Source of the DNA: a virus
Length of the DNA stretch: 57,749 nucleotides
Reading direction: 5' to 3' (one strand)
Virus record (IMG/VR): IMGVR_UViG_3300045988_122638
The number at the start of each line of letters is the position of its first letter. Position 1 is the first letter of the stretch. Below, in pieces: positions 24,415 to 35,371 of the stretch. The notes beneath the pieces are model-generated. The model worked only from the letters and a program-made list of their open reading frames with translations, did no database searches and was not told the DNA's origin. A program made the translations under genes and the position numbers.

Positions 24415-25628
24415 TTAAGATACCTCGATTCATTAAATTTTTTCTTACTTTCCAGAGCCTTACTAATGGCTAAATCAATCCCGCTTCGAGATTTTAAATG
24501 ATAGTAATATAAATCTGAAAAGGGCGTATTTAATCTATCTATTCGTCCGGCAGCTTGAGCCATAACCTTATAACTATAATTTTGACTATAAAATATAATA
24601 GTATCGGTTTTAACACAGTTCCACCCCTCGCAACCTGCATTATACTGTACTAAATATACCCAACGGGTACTCTCTGGAATAGGCTGATGTTTGTGTCCGT
24701 TCCATTCTGCGATTTCAACATCGTCGCCATACGAAATTTCCTTTAATATTTCCAACTCGTAATCAAAGTTGTAAAATATAATTAGTTTCGGATGTTTTTC
24801 GAATAGTTCACAGACTGCTACTTGACGTGAGTCATCACTATTAACTATTCTCCTTAATAAATAACATAACTCGCTCGCGGTTTCCACCGGTTTATCCTTA
24901 TATGGGTTCCAACGATTACGCATAGTATCCTTGTATGTCAAAATATCATACTTTGTATATATATCTTCATGATGTGATACTGTTTTCCTACGAAAATCCA
25001 TAGTTATCAAAATTTTATTTCGTAACCGAATTAAGCGTCCCGTATTAATGTATCTGTCTATTTGAGGGAATTTACTAAATCGTTTATATATGATGTGTTC
25101 ACGAGTAAATTCAGTTCGATTTTTATAAAAACCATTAGCTATGAATACCGGAATATAATCTTGCCAAGTATCGCCAGGCGTCGCCGACAATAAAATCCAT
25201 TCATTATCTTTGGTTATCTTTAGGAAAGCCTTTACCCATGTACCACTTCCGACAACTCTTTGCTCATCAAATATAAAGAACGCATTCTTGATATTCTCGT
25301 ATTTTTTTATGTTGTTCCATGAATCAACTATAACTTTATTGCTGTATAAATTTACATCCTTATTTGTAGAAAGTAAAAACGGTATCATATCAGCTTCCCA
25401 TTCTTTCGTATCTCTTTTTCGTGCCGTAGTGATAACATATAAGTCTTTTACATCGTTATCATCCATTGGTACATATTCATCACTATCAATATCTCCACCA
25501 TTTTGGACATAATAATATCCGAGTGCCGTTCGAGATTTACCACTTCCCACGCCACCACACAAGATACATCCATTTTGCATTCTTTCGATTGCACTTTTTT
25601 GATAATCCCGTAATCCGATTTTTGACAT
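24405..25628 (-). CDS. Superfamily-2 (SNF2/DEAD-like) helicase
   Basis: Motif I CGGVGSGKS, motif II FIFDEQ, C-terminal helicase motif AAGRIDR. Confidence 0.75.
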   Translation of the reverse strand: MSKIGLRDYQKSAIERMQNGCILCGGVGSGKSRTALGYYYVQNGGDIDSDEYVPMDDNDVKDLYVITTARKRDTKEWEADMIPFLLSTNKDVNLYSNKVIVDSWNNIKKYENIKNAFFIFDEQRVVGSGTWVKAFLKITKDNEWILLSATPGDTWQDYIPVFIANGFYKNRTEFTREHIIYKRFSKFPQIDRYINTGRLIRLRNKILITMDFRRKTVSHHEDIYTKYDILTYKDTMRNRWNPYKDKPVETASELCYLLRRIVNSDDSRQVAVCELFEKHPKLIIFYNFDYELEILKEISYGDDVEIAEWNGHKHQPIPESTRWVYLVQYNAGCEGWNCVKTDTIIFYSQNYSYKVMAQAAGRIDRLNTPFSDLYYYHLKSRSGIDLAISKALESKKKFNESRYLKWK

Positions 25629-25643
25629 TTTTATCCTCCGTAT

Positions 25644-25913
25644 TTAATACTCATTTGGAAATAGAATCGTTATTACACTTCTGTCCCACTCTGTTATAAT
25701 CCAGATTGTAACATCTGTATTTTTTTGTGTATAAACAGCTAAAATTCTATCACCACATGTATCACCCCAGTCACCACTGGTATATCTAGCCAACGATTCC
25801 TCTACAAATTTTTTAAATTCGTTATCTTGCTCTATTTTGTCGTTTATCCTATTGGTACATACAAGTCGTCCTAAAGAAAAATTAGACAACATTGGAATTT
25901 TTATAGTTAGCAT
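25644..25913 (-). CDS. GDWG-motif small protein (family seen on plasmids and phages), unknown function
   Basis: Start ATG 25913 after an AAAGGAG RBS. Motifs ...YTSGDWGDTCGD...IWIITEWDRSVITILFPNEY. Confidence 0.55.
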   Translation of the reverse strand: MLTIKIPMLSNFSLGRLVCTNRINDKIEQDNEFKKFVEESLARYTSGDWGDTCGDRILAVYTQKNTDVTIWIITEWDRSVITILFPNEY

Positions 25914-25930
25914 GATTATAACTCCTTTCG

Positions 25931-25965
25931 AATAAAACAAAGAGTGCCTATTTTAGCATAGACAC
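25931..25965 (-). terminator. Rho-independent terminator after the SSB gene
   Basis: Minus strand: GTGTCTAT-gctaaa-ATAGGCAC followed by TCTTTGTTTTATT. Confidence 0.6.
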
Positions 25966-25983
25966 CCCTTGCGAATATCTTTT

Positions 25984-26439
25984 TTATTGTTTAGATGCAT
26001 ACTTTTCCGCAAATTCATCTTCTTGAATAGTTACATACATAGTTTTCAGATAAGCCTTTATGCCGCTTTTACCGTTTGCTTCCCATTCATAAGGATTCAA
26101 AATAAGATCCACGTTGATTATATCTGCAAAATCAAGCGTCTCGATACTTTCCTCATCAAGTTGTGTCTGTGCCCTTTTGGTTACCATTATGATTTTAGGC
26201 GGAATATTTCGGAAGCTTACCGAAACCTGAATATAATGCTTTGATTCTTCATCTTCGTCTCTAGCCGGAAGAATTTTTACATTCCAACCATCTCTGGCTA
26301 ATTGTTCAGCCTCATCCGCGTCATCTATTATCACACAAAAATTTCTGTCTCCGGCTCTGTTGTATTTACTCTCGTTTCCTGCGAAATTTCTAAATATAAT
26401 TCTTGCATTTTCTATAGCTAAATTTTCTACTCTTGACAT
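25984..26439 (-). CDS. Single-stranded DNA-binding protein (T7 gp2.5/DUF2815-like)
   Basis: Start ATG 26439. [29 protein letters not shown] pattern, acidic C-terminus, and position next to the polymerase. Confidence 0.5.
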   Translation of the reverse strand: MSRVENLAIENARIIFRNFAGNESKYNRAGDRNFCVIIDDADEAEQLARDGWNVKILPARDEDEESKHYIQVSVSFRNIPPKIIMVTKRAQTQLDEESIETLDFADIINVDLILNPYEWEANGKSGIKAYLKTMYVTIQEDEFAEKYASKQ

Positions 26440-26465
26440 TTTTGTTACCTCTTTCTTCATTGTTA

Positions 26466-29400
26466 TTAATTTACAAACCATTCAAAATCACCATATTGTG
26501 AAATATCACAAATGGCATCGTTGACCATATTTTCATAATAAGAGCGATCGATATCTGCTTCTTTTCCGAGTTCTTTTACCATCTCGGCTTCAAGCCATCT
26601 GTATCCCTTACTACCTCCTGCGGCATAATATTTGCCGTCTTTTTCTCTCATTAAAAGTCCGCCATTACATCCCTGTTTTATAGGGCAAAATTGCCCGACT
26701 TTTCCGATAAATACATAGTTATGCGATTCTTCCTCTTTTTTACGAAGTTCGGAATATCTTTCGCCGGCATATTCAGTATCATACTTATACGATTTAAGCA
26801 CTTTTTCCATATTCTCAGAATCTTCAGAATCCCAAGCCTTATGTAATTTTGTTAATTCTTTTTCCTCTTCAATTGTTAATTGAGGCAATTTCTCATTCAT
26901 ATCCAAATATAAACTAGAAGTCACACTATTTGTTACGCACATATCCTCGAAAACAATATCCTCTTTACTAAATAGCGTTTTAAATACATATGGTACTTGA
27001 AACTGTGTTCCTGTGGCAGTCCATTCTCCGGCATGCTTTCCGTCTTTATACTTTGCGATATAAACAGCATCGTTTACAAGACACATTCTGTCGTATGTAG
27101 CCTCATGCTCAAATATATAACCATACATTTTACCATAATCTGATACAAACTGAATAATCTCAGGCGTTGCGTTTGGAATTTTTATCGAATCGGTTTTTAT
27201 ATGAGCAACTGTGAATCCTCTTGCTTGTACTTCATGTTTTAGATTAACCATGAATAAAGCACCACGTTTTGCGACGATATTGTCGACATTTCGATTATCT
27301 TTAAATGGATTATCGAATTTCGCTGCTGTTAAGCCATAAACTGAATTAATAGCGATTTTCAAAGCCTGAGCCAAATCTGCTGCAGCTCCCTCATCTGTAA
27401 GATACTTTGTCAACTTTCCATCCAGCATTGTTTTGGCAGTCTCAAAATCATTGTGCTTAATCGCAACACGAGCATCTCTTATTTCCTGAAACCGTTTTGT
27501 ATATTCACAGCCAAATAACTGTTCAGCTATAATACTGCTCGGATGCATAGAAGCAATATCCAATAACGCAATGTTACTATACATACCTGGTTCGGAATAC
27601 ACATATCCTCCCTCACCGATTTCTTCACCTCTATACATGGATTTTCCGAATTTAAATTCATAACCCGGAAATATAGGTCTATTCTGATTATCAAATCTGG
27701 TATAATCATCAAATCCGTCCATTAGAATATCGTCACTCGATGGAAGTCCCATATCACGATAATTAAATTGTTCCTGCGGCTTTCTGTTCTTACCAAATAT
27801 AATTCTTGTTGTAAGAGAATTTGTTGTATCGTTCACAGTCATGCCCGCCACATCAGCTAATATCTCTCTGGCAATAAAATCTGCTTTTCTGGCATTAAAT
27901 ACAGCTTCCGTCGCAATAACATCGTTATCACAATATTCTGCAACTTTTGCCCATAATTCTTTAGGTACCGGTTGATCCCAAGGCAATCCGAGTTCCTGAT
28001 GGTGAATACCCAATTCAATTTCAAACTTCTTTAATGATTGTTTTTTACTTGAAAAATCATAAACATCTGTATATGATACATTGTATGCCTCTCCAAAGAA
28101 ACAATTAGGACTGCCATTAATTATTTTCTGTGATAAATTATACAACTGTTCATTTGTATAACCCATTAGCCGTGCGTAGAGTATATGGTTATCATATCTT
28201 CGGCAGTTAAACCCAACCAGTCTGAATCTCATAAGTTCTTCTACCTCAGCCGGTGACGGATTAATCATCCGTACAACAGGCTTACCCTTACCCTCAAATT
28301 TCCAATTGACTAAGAATAAATTAGGGAAGACTTCTACATCGTAGAAAATAAGCTTTGCATCGTCATTATTTTTTCCGACAGATGGTTCCTCTGATTTAAA
28401 ATTCATTTTACTTACAAGCTTTATACAGTAATCCGATTGATTTGTACTATTAGCAGCAAACGCTAGTATAGCATTTCTCATATCGGTAACGTCATATTTC
28501 AAACCACTATCATAAGCATCGTCCAATATTTTATGTATAAAATCAATACTCGGTTTTGTTGCTGGATGGATTTCTTTATTAAGATTACGCTTTATTAATG
28601 TTCTAAGTCCCTTTTCGCTTTTAACAGCTTCTATATTTATCATTTTGTTTTCTCCTTTCAATGGTAATCCAGAGCTAATTGTTGCAATAGGTAAATCATT
28701 ACACCTAGACAGTTTACGTCTTAATGAACTTTTTCCTATAAAAACTTTAATTTCTATATCTTCGTCATATATTCTACTTAGGCGTGTTGGATCTCCCGTG
28801 TAAATATAATGAAGATGGATACCCGCTCCACTTTTGCTTAACTCAGCATATGTAGCTGGCCATTTACTAGCCGCCTCTAGATTTTTTTCGAATGATTTTT
28901 TTCCGTTTTCATCTTTGATATCAAAATCAATTACTATATGATTTTCTGGAACTTTTACATAATGAAGTTTAGTTGTATCGATGCTCGATAGTTTAGTTGT
29001 TACCTCGTCCCAAGGTTTCATCGGTGTTTCATTACTATTCGCATACTGAGCAATACAATCCGCATATTCTCTATCAAATATAGATTCTTGACTGACAAAC
29101 GCAATTGAACTGTCACCATTATTTTTATCTTGATTAATAACTGTCAAATTATCAATTTTGACAGTTTTAAACCCACTGTAATATGACCTGACACGAGTTC
29201 CATCGTTCAATGTATGACGTTCTTTATAATCCTTAAAGTAATTCTTTAGCTCTTCCTTAAAAGCTCTTTGTGATAACGGATAAGGCACTTTTGCTTCGTC
29301 ACAATACTGTTTATACATTTCCCAAGCAGCTTTTAATGTTGTTCCGTTTTCTTTAGAAAATATATAATACGAATCTGTTATGTAATTATAAAAATCGTTG

Positions 29401-30449
29401 GACGCACTCATCATACTTATGGGTATATAATCATCATAATACCCGGTGTTGTCTAAATATAAATCTAGGCAATGATTTGCTATAGCTCCTAATTCAAAAT
29501 CGATTTGCTTTACAATAGTTTTGTATTCTTTCGGGCTAAGTTTGTTTCCCGACGGAGATACATCTATTAGTCTTCGAATCAATCCTGATTTTGCATCTGT
29601 AATTTTAACAGGCTTATTTGTTCCCATAAATAAGAAACACTTGAAGCGATTAGAATATGTAGACTTGAATTTCTCATTAACAGTCATTAACTCATGTGAT
29701 ACCAGACTATTCAATCTTGTATTATCTTCGATTCTTGACAGATCACCATCATGTTGTATAGCAACTAACGGATTGCTCTTAAAAGCCTCCAACGCAAAAG
29801 AGTTACTACTCGATCCCAATGCTTTTGCATCAAATACCGAATAGTAACCCTGAAATAATTGTTGTATAATATTTAAAACTGTTGATTTACCAGTACCGGC
29901 TGCTCCGTACAGAACCATAAACTTTTGAATATGTTTAGAATCACCTGCTACTATTGAGCCAATAGCCCACTCAATCTTATGACGTTCTTCTTCAGAATAT
30001 AAAGTTGACATGAGTTTATCATATGCTGAAATATCTCCTTTTTCGAGAGGATAATTCAGTCTTTTGCTTGCATAATCTTTTTTATTTGTTGGACTATTTG
30101 AAAATATAAGTTTTTCGTCCAGCATATGAAAATTATCTCTCATCTGCTTTTGACAATACTTATGCCATGAGTCTATCATGCCTGACTCTGCGTCCCACAT
30201 ATGTAATATCTTCACCGTTCCTTCAAAACGTTCTTTATTTTCCTTAGCGAATACGTCTAATTCTTCATCTATTAATTGCAACGCATCTTGTTCGTCCGTA
30301 GACCATAAGCCACGCTTTTCAATCCAGATAGCATAGAAATCACCACCTCTAATCATGAGATCGGAACTTTTTTTAATGATGAACTTTGGATATATTTCGA
30401 TCACACCCTTTTTGCTACATCTTGTAGCAACAATCATAAAGTCAATCAT
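26466..30449 (-). CDS. Replication fusion protein: SF3 (D5-like) helicase, AEP primase-like domain and family-B DNA polymerase
   Basis: Walker A GAAGTGKS (aa 182-189), Walker B IQHDGD, motif C FMGTN. AEP-like IVIDFD and SGAGIHLH (aa 505-547). ExoI YDVEVF (703), Exo[12 protein letters not shown], ExoIII YCDNDV. PolB motif A DIASMHPS (964), [10 protein letters not shown] (1031), C IKTDS (1084). Confidence 0.8.
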   Translation of the reverse strand: MIDFMIVATRCSKKGVIEIYPKFIIKKSSDLMIRGGDFYAIWIEKRGLWSTDEQDALQLIDEELDVFAKENKERFEGTVKILHMWDAESGMIDSWHKYCQKQMRDNFHMLDEKLIFSNSPTNKKDYASKRLNYPLEKGDISAYDKLMSTLYSEEERHKIEWAIGSIVAGDSKHIQKFMVLYGAAGTGKSTVLNIIQQLFQGYYSVFDAKALGSSSNSFALEAFKSNPLVAIQHDGDLSRIEDNTRLNSLVSHELMTVNEKFKSTYSNRFKCFLFMGTNKPVKITDAKSGLIRRLIDVSPSGNKLSPKEYKTIVKQIDFELGAIANHCLDLYLDNTGYYDDYIPISMMSASNDFYNYITDSYYIFSKENGTTLKAAWEMYKQYCDEAKVPYPLSQRAFKEELKNYFKDYKERHTLNDGTRVRSYYSGFKTVKIDNLTVINQDKNNGDSSIAFVSQESIFDREYADCIAQYANSNETPMKPWDEVTTKLSSIDTTKLHYVKVPENHIVIDFDIKDENGKKSFEKNLEAASKWPATYAELSKSGAGIHLHYIYTGDPTRLSRIYDEDIEIKVFIGKSSLRRKLSRCNDLPIATISSGLPLKGENKMINIEAVKSEKGLRTLIKRNLNKEIHPATKPSIDFIHKILDDAYDSGLKYDVTDMRNAILAFAANSTNQSDYCIKLVSKMNFKSEEPSVGKNNDDAKLIFYDVEVFPNLFLVNWKFEGKGKPVVRMINPSPAEVEELMRFRLVGFNCRRYDNHILYARLMGYTNEQLYNLSQKIINGSPNCFFGEAYNVSYTDVYDFSSKKQSLKKFEIELGIHHQELGLPWDQPVPKELWAKVAEYCDNDVIATEAVFNARKADFIAREILADVAGMTVNDTTNSLTTRIIFGKNRKPQEQFNYRDMGLPSSDDILMDGFDDYTRFDNQNRPIFPGYEFKFGKSMYRGEEIGEGGYVYSEPGMYSNIALLDIASMHPSSIIAEQLFGCEYTKRFQEIRDARVAIKHNDFETAKTMLDGKLTKYLTDEGAAADLAQALKIAINSVYGLTAAKFDNPFKDNRNVDNIVAKRGALFMVNLKHEVQARGFTVAHIKTDSIKIPNATPEIIQFVSDYGKMYGYIFEHEATYDRMCLVNDAVYIAKYKDGKHAGEWTATGTQFQVPYVFKTLFSKEDIVFEDMCVTNSVTSSLYLDMNEKLPQLTIEEEKELTKLHKAWDSEDSENMEKVLKSYKYDTEYAGERYSELRKKEEESHNYVFIGKVGQFCPIKQGCNGGLLMREKDGKYYAAGGSKGYRWLEAEMVKELGKEADIDRSYYENMVNDAICDISQYGDFEWFVN

Positions 30450-30609
30450 TATTTTGTCTACTCCTTATCTTTTTATAAATTGCATAAGTTCCTGCGAGTA
30501 AAATCGCCACCGTTATTTTTCTTTGAAATGCTATTTGCTTATTAAGGCATTCCTCGATATTCTTTAAACGATCTATAGTCATATGCATTTCTATAATTGT
30601 TTTATCCAT
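30442..30609 (-). CDS. Small membrane protein
   Basis: Start ATG 30609 after a GGAGG RBS. TM segment VAILLAGTYAIY. Confidence 0.5.
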   Translation of the reverse strand: MDKTIIEMHMTIDRLKNIEECLNKQIAFQRKITVAILLAGTYAIYKKIRSRQNND

Positions 30610-30628
30610 ATACAGATCACCTCCCTCC

Positions 30629-31162
30629 TCATAAAATATCATTCAAATACCACAACATTTGATACCAAATTTCAACATTTCTCAAATCTCCATGTCCGTG
30701 TACTTTAAATAGTCCACCTGTTCCGTCTCGTTTATAATCTCTATCTAGGAAACGAAATATAATTCTTTCTACATGATCAGTATCAATTATACCGTCGTGC
30801 ATAGTCCCCAGACCGAGATTATCAATCATTTTCCAAAACCAAACACTAGTTCTATCACCAATATCGGGATCATCCATTATTTGTTCTTCCATTTTCATTG
30901 AGAGAGCAACCATCATTTCTAGTACACTACACGGACGATCATCGAGATAAGATGCAATCATCGCGCTCTCGTAACCGTTTTCATAACCAAAACGATAACG
31001 AAGATTTATACCATCTTCTGCTCTATCGGCATCCATATCAATTAAATTATAAAAATCTATATCATACAGCTGACAAAGTAATATTTTATACGATCCCCGA
31101 GATGGTTTTACGAGCTGATACATCCATCTAAAATATTCATTAATCAACTCATCTTTTGTCAT
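30629..31162 (-). CDS. Hypothetical protein
   Basis: 177-aa ORF. Confidence 0.6.
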   Translation of the reverse strand: MTKDELINEYFRWMYQLVKPSRGSYKILLCQLYDIDFYNLIDMDADRAEDGINLRYRFGYENGYESAMIASYLDDRPCSVLEMMVALSMKMEEQIMDDPDIGDRTSVWFWKMIDNLGLGTMHDGIIDTDHVERIIFRFLDRDYKRDGTGGLFKVHGHGDLRNVEIWYQMLWYLNDIL

Positions 31163-31675
31163 TTATACCTCCACTTTGTATGGTGTTTTGGCTATCACAT
31201 CAACATAACGTCTTGGATCTCTTACAATCTCATAATAGACCTGTAAATTATGATTTACAACCATAACAACATCTTCTTCATAGTCGCCGAAATGATCTAG
31301 TGCATCGTCCACTATTTTTCTAATATCATTAATGATATTATTGTCATCGTCAGCTAAAAAACCGTCAGTGTAATATGTAAGTTCAATTTTATCATAATCT
31401 AGATTATCTCCGAATTCATCGGGTGATATAACTTGTATTGACTTTGTCTCATTATATCTTATCGGGCTATATCCGCTTTGTTTTATTATTGACTCGGCAG
31501 TATTAGCATCCACTTGATTCGACACTTCTTCTTGAACATCTTGTTTCTTTTTGTATACTTCTTTTACTGATTCAATTTCCTCTTGTGCTAAATCTTCGTA
31601 CTTCTTTTTTAATGCTATATATGTTGCGCCGCATCCGCAAATAGCACCACAAACAAAAAACATAAAATTTCTCAT
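31163..31675 (-). CDS. Membrane-anchored protein
   Basis: 170 aa. N-terminal TM FMFFVCGAICGCGATYIAL. GAGGAGG RBS. Confidence 0.6.
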   Translation of the reverse strand: MRNFMFFVCGAICGCGATYIALKKKYEDLAQEEIESVKEVYKKKQDVQEEVSNQVDANTAESIIKQSGYSPIRYNETKSIQVISPDEFGDNLDYDKIELTYYTDGFLADDDNNIINDIRKIVDDALDHFGDYEEDVVMVVNHNLQVYYEIVRDPRRYVDVIAKTPYKVEV

Positions 31676-31687
31676 AATAATCCTCCT

Positions 31688-31837
31688 CTACTCCTCTTTA
31701 CCAATAGACATTACCGTTATTGCTAATCCTCCAAATAAAGCAGAAATACTCAATAGTATTCCCCCAGTAATATGACGTTTTCTCGGTGTGTCAAGCATTT
31801 CATCCAGCATATAAATAATGTTATCTATTCCTTCCAT
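31688..31837 (-). CDS. Small membrane peptide (49 aa; below the track cutoff)
   Basis: GAGGAGG RBS. Translation MEGIDNIIYMLDEMLDTPRKRHITGGILLSISALFGGLAITVMSIGKEE. Confidence 0.45.
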   Translation of the reverse strand: MEGIDNIIYMLDEMLDTPRKRHITGGILLSISALFGGLAITVMSIGKEE

Positions 31838-31925
31838 AATTAATGCCTCCTCTCAACACTGCCAATCCACCTATGAAACAAATTCCGGAGATTGTTGCAA
31901 ATATAAAACTCAAACCGTTATGCAT
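31821..31925 (-). CDS. Small hydrophobic peptide (34 aa)
   Basis: AGGAGGTG RBS. Translation MHNGLSFIFATISGICFIGGLAVLRGGINYGRNR. Confidence 0.35.
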   Translation of the reverse strand: MHNGLSFIFATISGICFIGGLAVLRGGINYGRNR

Positions 31926-32214
31926 TTATAACACCTCCTACTCTTAATGCTTGCTTGAATTCCTCATCCTGCAAAAGATTACTGTCACCTTTATATATAA
32001 CTTTCTGTTCTCTAACGGCGTATATAGGTGCAGGATGTTCTTTATCCCATCGGCATAATTCATCAAGTATCTTATTTTTATGTTCGAACAGTTTTTTTCT
32101 GCGTTCATATTTTCTTTTTGCTTTTATTTTGTTAAATTGATAGTTTTTTAAACACACAATGACACCGCTACCAGCTACTATCAATCCAAATATCATCGCT
32201 TGTCCCATGCTCAT
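31918..32214 (-). CDS. Membrane-anchored protein
   Basis: 98 aa. N-terminal TM MIFGLIVAGSGVIVCL. Confidence 0.55.
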   Translation of the reverse strand: MSMGQAMIFGLIVAGSGVIVCLKNYQFNKIKAKRKYERRKKLFEHKNKILDELCRWDKEHPAPIYAVREQKVIYKGDSNLLQDEEFKQALRVGGVINA

Positions 32215-32221
32215 ACTCCTT

Positions 32222-32740
32222 TTAAAATATAATTTTTTCGATTTTGGCTATCTTGCCGTTAAGAGGCATGTACACATTACAATTACCATATAGTTTTATC
32301 ACATTAGGCAATTTACGAGTGTCAACTATAAACTCGATAACGTCATCATTATAACTCCACTGATGAGTCGAATTTGTGTCACTATCGTCTTTTTGGTCAG
32401 CCAAGCAACCATAGAATATATTACCAGTATCAGTTGTAATTCTATATTTAGAACCAATTTCTGTACCGTAATGACTGCCCATAGCTATCAAATAGTAATC
32501 ATCAGTTATTCCCAAATCACGTTCGCCATCACAACGCATAAAACCGTCATAATCAGACCAACCCCAACGATCAATATATTTATACTGATCGCTGGACTGA
32601 CTTGTAATTGTTCGGTAATCCATATATGTTTTAAATGAGCTGTCTATATTTGGTGTTGACAATTCTATGTACTCATCAGCCGAAACTGATACTGAATTCA
32701 ATGCTACTGTCGCTAATAATATAGCTAATATTTTTCTCAT
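32222..32740 (-). CDS. Secreted protein (signal peptide), unknown function
   Basis: MRKILAILLATVALNSVSVSADE is a signal peptide. 172 aa. Confidence 0.6.
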   Translation of the reverse strand: MRKILAILLATVALNSVSVSADEYIELSTPNIDSSFKTYMDYRTITSQSSDQYKYIDRWGWSDYDGFMRCDGERDLGITDDYYLIAMGSHYGTEIGSKYRITTDTGNIFYGCLADQKDDSDTNSTHQWSYNDDVIEFIVDTRKLPNVIKLYGNCNVYMPLNGKIAKIEKIIF

Positions 32741-32751
32741 GATCTTTCCTC

Positions 32752-33699
32752 CTATATTAAATCGTATATTGGTCCGTCCACATTAAATGTTAATATAACT
32801 GTTGGGTCGTCCCCATCCAAGAAATTACGATTTTCTTGTTTTGTGTAATCGTAAATTCCAAAATCAACATAACCATCGCCTTTATAATCAGGATCATCCG
32901 GTCTATAAACCCATCCAACTATCTGTCCGGCTTTAGTTCTCTCATATCCGAGTTGATCATACAACTCGTTCAAGAAAATATGCCCTCTACTTTGAAGAAC
33001 ATCATTTGCCCAATTTTGAACCGATCGCAATACGTATAGATTATGGTCTGCATCTTTTTCCCAACCATCATTACCGGCATCGTAAACTCGTCTATACTCG
33101 GATGAAGCTATATCATCGATAATTGTAACGTTTTTTTCAACTGTTTTTTCTTCACCATTTTCATCTACAATTGTTTCGGTAACGGTTTCCGTTCTCACTC
33201 CGCACTTTAATTCTTTATCGATTTTCTCACCAAATCTTGTGATAACACGTTTGCGATAATCTTTAAAATTATTATCGATAGCCGTGTATGCAGCCATCAA
33301 AGCAACGTTACGCTTACGAAGTACATTATGAGCAGCTAATATGGACGCGATGCTTATTGCTCCTAACACGACTGCCGGCGCATAAATCTTAGCTAATTCC
33401 AGACCTGTTTTGGCGTATGTTATACTTAAGTCTTTTTTACAATCGTCCGCTGTATACTCCTCAATTATAAGTTCACCATCTTTATCGGTAGTTATTTGGC
33501 CTTTTTCTTCAGCAGCGTGTATCTTGTCAACGTTGTTTTTTGTCTCGTTCAATATATCATCGATTTTAGTAGTAGCTTTGCAAGCCATAACCGCACTTAC
33601 CACTGTTCCAGCAATACCCGCAACCATCATGATTTCAGGGCTGTGTTTTTTTATTTGTAATCCTATTCTATTTATAGTTCTTGTAATTTTCGCATTCAT
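32752..33699 (-). CDS. Two-TM paralog family protein, member 1 (315 aa)
   Basis: Shares IKKHSPEI..GIAG...KAT, a second TM helix and a C-terminal LNELYDQLG...GQIVGW block with ORFs 35372..36136 and 36694..37461. Confidence 0.7.
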   Translation of the reverse strand: MNAKITRTINRIGLQIKKHSPEIMMVAGIAGTVVSAVMACKATTKIDDILNETKNNVDKIHAAEEKGQITTDKDGELIIEEYTADDCKKDLSITYAKTGLELAKIYAPAVVLGAISIASILAAHNVLRKRNVALMAAYTAIDNNFKDYRKRVITRFGEKIDKELKCGVRTETVTETIVDENGEEKTVEKNVTIIDDIASSEYRRVYDAGNDGWEKDADHNLYVLRSVQNWANDVLQSRGHIFLNELYDQLGYERTKAGQIVGWVYRPDDPDYKGDGYVDFGIYDYTKQENRNFLDGDDPTVILTFNVDGPIYDLI

Positions 33700-33701
33700 A
33701 A

Positions 33702-33965
33702 TTATTTATTCTCCTTTTCTTTGTTTTCGTTTAAAGATCTCACATGATCTATTAGATGCACTAAATACCACTCAGCTTTCTCCAGATCTTGGATGCCGTT
33801 TTTATTCTTCCAACGGCAAATATATTTTATGACATTTCCCGTATCCGTAGCTTCAACACCTTTTAATTCAGAAGTAAAAGCCTCAATCACATCAATTACT
33901 TCCATACCATTTTTTGATTTATAATGCGATGGATGACTCACCATCACATCTTTTGATTCATACAT
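33702..33965 (-). CDS. DUF3310-family phage protein
   Basis: SHPSHYKSKNGMEVIDVIEAF...GNVIKYICRWKNKNGIQDLEKAEWYL matches the DUF3310 pattern. Confidence 0.75.
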   Translation of the reverse strand: MYESKDVMVSHPSHYKSKNGMEVIDVIEAFTSELKGVEATDTGNVIKYICRWKNKNGIQDLEKAEWYLVHLIDHVRSLNENKEKENK

Positions 33966-33968
33966 AAA

Positions 33969-34145
33969 TCATCCCTCCTTTAGAATTGCCGTTAATCCTC
34001 CAAAGTTCTTTTCAGATTCCAAATATAATCTTTTTATAGCTCCTTGTAATGTTTTCGAACGTACTGCTTTCTGCTTTCGTTCCGATACCAACATACCGTC
34101 TATAATTCTTGTGTATACTATATACTCCAAAATATATGTTTTCAT
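33969..34145 (-). CDS. Hypothetical small protein (start ATG 34145)
   Basis: AAAGGAG RBS, 58 aa. The longer track ORF overlaps the upstream gene. Confidence 0.5.
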   Translation of the reverse strand: MKTYILEYIVYTRIIDGMLVSERKQKAVRSKTLQGAIKRLYLESEKNFGGLTAILKEG

Positions 34146-34159
34146 AATAATCTCCTTTC

Positions 34160-34747
34160 TTAATCTATCGCTAAAGCTCTTGGTAATTTTAAAATATAAC
34201 CGTCTCGCACCCGAACAACGCTTGATCCTCTTAGATCTATCCAACCGTAGTTGTTACAAGTATAGTTGTGTGTCGTTATGCTTGCCAAGTCATATAATTC
34301 GGCTACTGACACGACTTTATATTGATTTAGAATATCATACATCGCATCTAGTACAGCTTCTGCATCGCCCCTCGTTTCGAATATAATTTCATCATAGTCA
34401 AAATTATTACGAACCACTGGTGATCTGTAATCTCTACTTCTGTCATCATAATATCGACTGTAAGAAACTTTAGACGAATTACCTTTCTTATTTTTTATTT
34501 CGCCATACAACAGCATATTAGTGCCATTAGTAACAATATCCGATACTAGCTTTTTTGCAGCCGGTAATAATACTTCTGAGAAAATATAACTTTTCACATT
34601 GCTGACATCTTCACTAAGAAATGTATCAGATAACTTGCGCATGCCTGATTTTTTCTTAGTTGATGTTTTTCCTGAAACTACTTTCTCTACTTTTTTTTCT
34701 GCAACTTCTTCTCTAGCTTTATGCGAATTAGATGGATAATTTTCCAT
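34160..34747 (-). CDS. Conserved phage protein, function unknown
   Basis: 195 aa. PSNSHKAREE...FDYDEIIFETRGDAEAVL...YGWIDLRG pattern is common in Bacillota phages. Confidence 0.6.
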   Translation of the reverse strand: MENYPSNSHKAREEVAEKKVEKVVSGKTSTKKKSGMRKLSDTFLSEDVSNVKSYIFSEVLLPAAKKLVSDIVTNGTNMLLYGEIKNKKGNSSKVSYSRYYDDRSRDYRSPVVRNNFDYDEIIFETRGDAEAVLDAMYDILNQYKVVSVAELYDLASITTHNYTCNNYGWIDLRGSSVVRVRDGYILKLPRALAID

Positions 34748-34761
34748 AATTGTCCTCCTTT

Positions 34762-34953
34762 TTATTGAACTAATTCTATTTTTCCAGGCAACGAAACTCT
34801 TGCCCCTGCTGTCAAATTATTGTTTTTCTTATACTGATACGCCAAGTTACTTCTAGCTTTTGTTTCTGATGCAGCATATGTTGTCCCGATCCAATTTGTT
34901 TCAACGATTGTGTCAAATCTTTTTATCGGACCTTTATATATGTATTTGTTCAT
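34762..34953 (-). CDS. Hypothetical small protein
   Basis: 63-aa ORF. Confidence 0.55.
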   Translation of the reverse strand: MNKYIYKGPIKRFDTIVETNWIGTTYAASETKARSNLAYQYKKNNNLTAGARVSLPGKIELVQ

Positions 34954-34974
34954 GTTTTAATATTCCTTTCAACA

Positions 34975-35016
34975 AAAAAATAAAAGAGAAAATACCTAGT
35001 TAAAGGTATCTTCTCT
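34975..35016 (-). terminator. Rho-independent terminator (12-bp stem)
   Basis: Minus strand: AGAGAAGATACC-tttaacta-GGTATTTTCTCT followed by TTTATTTTTTT. Confidence 0.75.
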
Positions 35017-35046
35017 TTTTCGAACTCTGTTCAGTTTTTATTTGGA

Positions 35047-35292
35047 TCATTCTTCCTCTTCAACGATTTCATTTTCATTGTCCGAAACCACCATAACTGG
35101 CTGTTCATTTTTTGCCTTGTGCTTGTCCCATACTCGTTTTACTTGCTTAGCACCCATAATAGCTGCACATGCCAATGCACCTCCGATTATTATGCCCAAG
35201 CCTATTGGCTTTCCCGAACGCCTTTCCATTACGTTTTCCAATGTTTCCGCAACAGTGTCAACTGCCTCGTTCGTCATAAGTTCTTCATTCAT
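35047..35292 (-). CDS. Small membrane protein (start ATG 35292)
   Basis: AAGGAGG RBS. MNEELMTNEAV... with TM IGLGIIIGGALACAAIMGA. The track ORF extension covers motif copy 8. Confidence 0.6.
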   Translation of the reverse strand: MNEELMTNEAVDTVAETLENVMERRSGKPIGLGIIIGGALACAAIMGAKQVKRVWDKHKAKNEQPVMVVSDNENEIVEEEE

Positions 35293-35336
35293 TTTATTTT
35301 CCTCCTTAAAATATAAAAACTTGAAAGATTGTTCTT

Positions 35337-35362
35337 CCATAATACAAATTGTTTTTTTCGCG
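35337..35362 (-). promoter_or_regulatory. Conserved 26-nt promoter-like motif, copy 8
   Basis: Minus strand: CGCGAAAAAAACAATTTGTATTATGG, about 45 nt upstream of ATG 35292. Confidence 0.6.
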
Positions 35363-35371
35363 TGTCCAGTT

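Noticed and set aside
25955-25980. A possible twelfth or thirteenth copy of the 26-nt motif at ...agcatagacaccccttgcgaatatc.
   Set aside because: Only the GCGAATATC end resembles copy 2. The CA and TTATGr blocks are absent at the fixed spacing, and the sequence is part of the SSB terminator hairpin.
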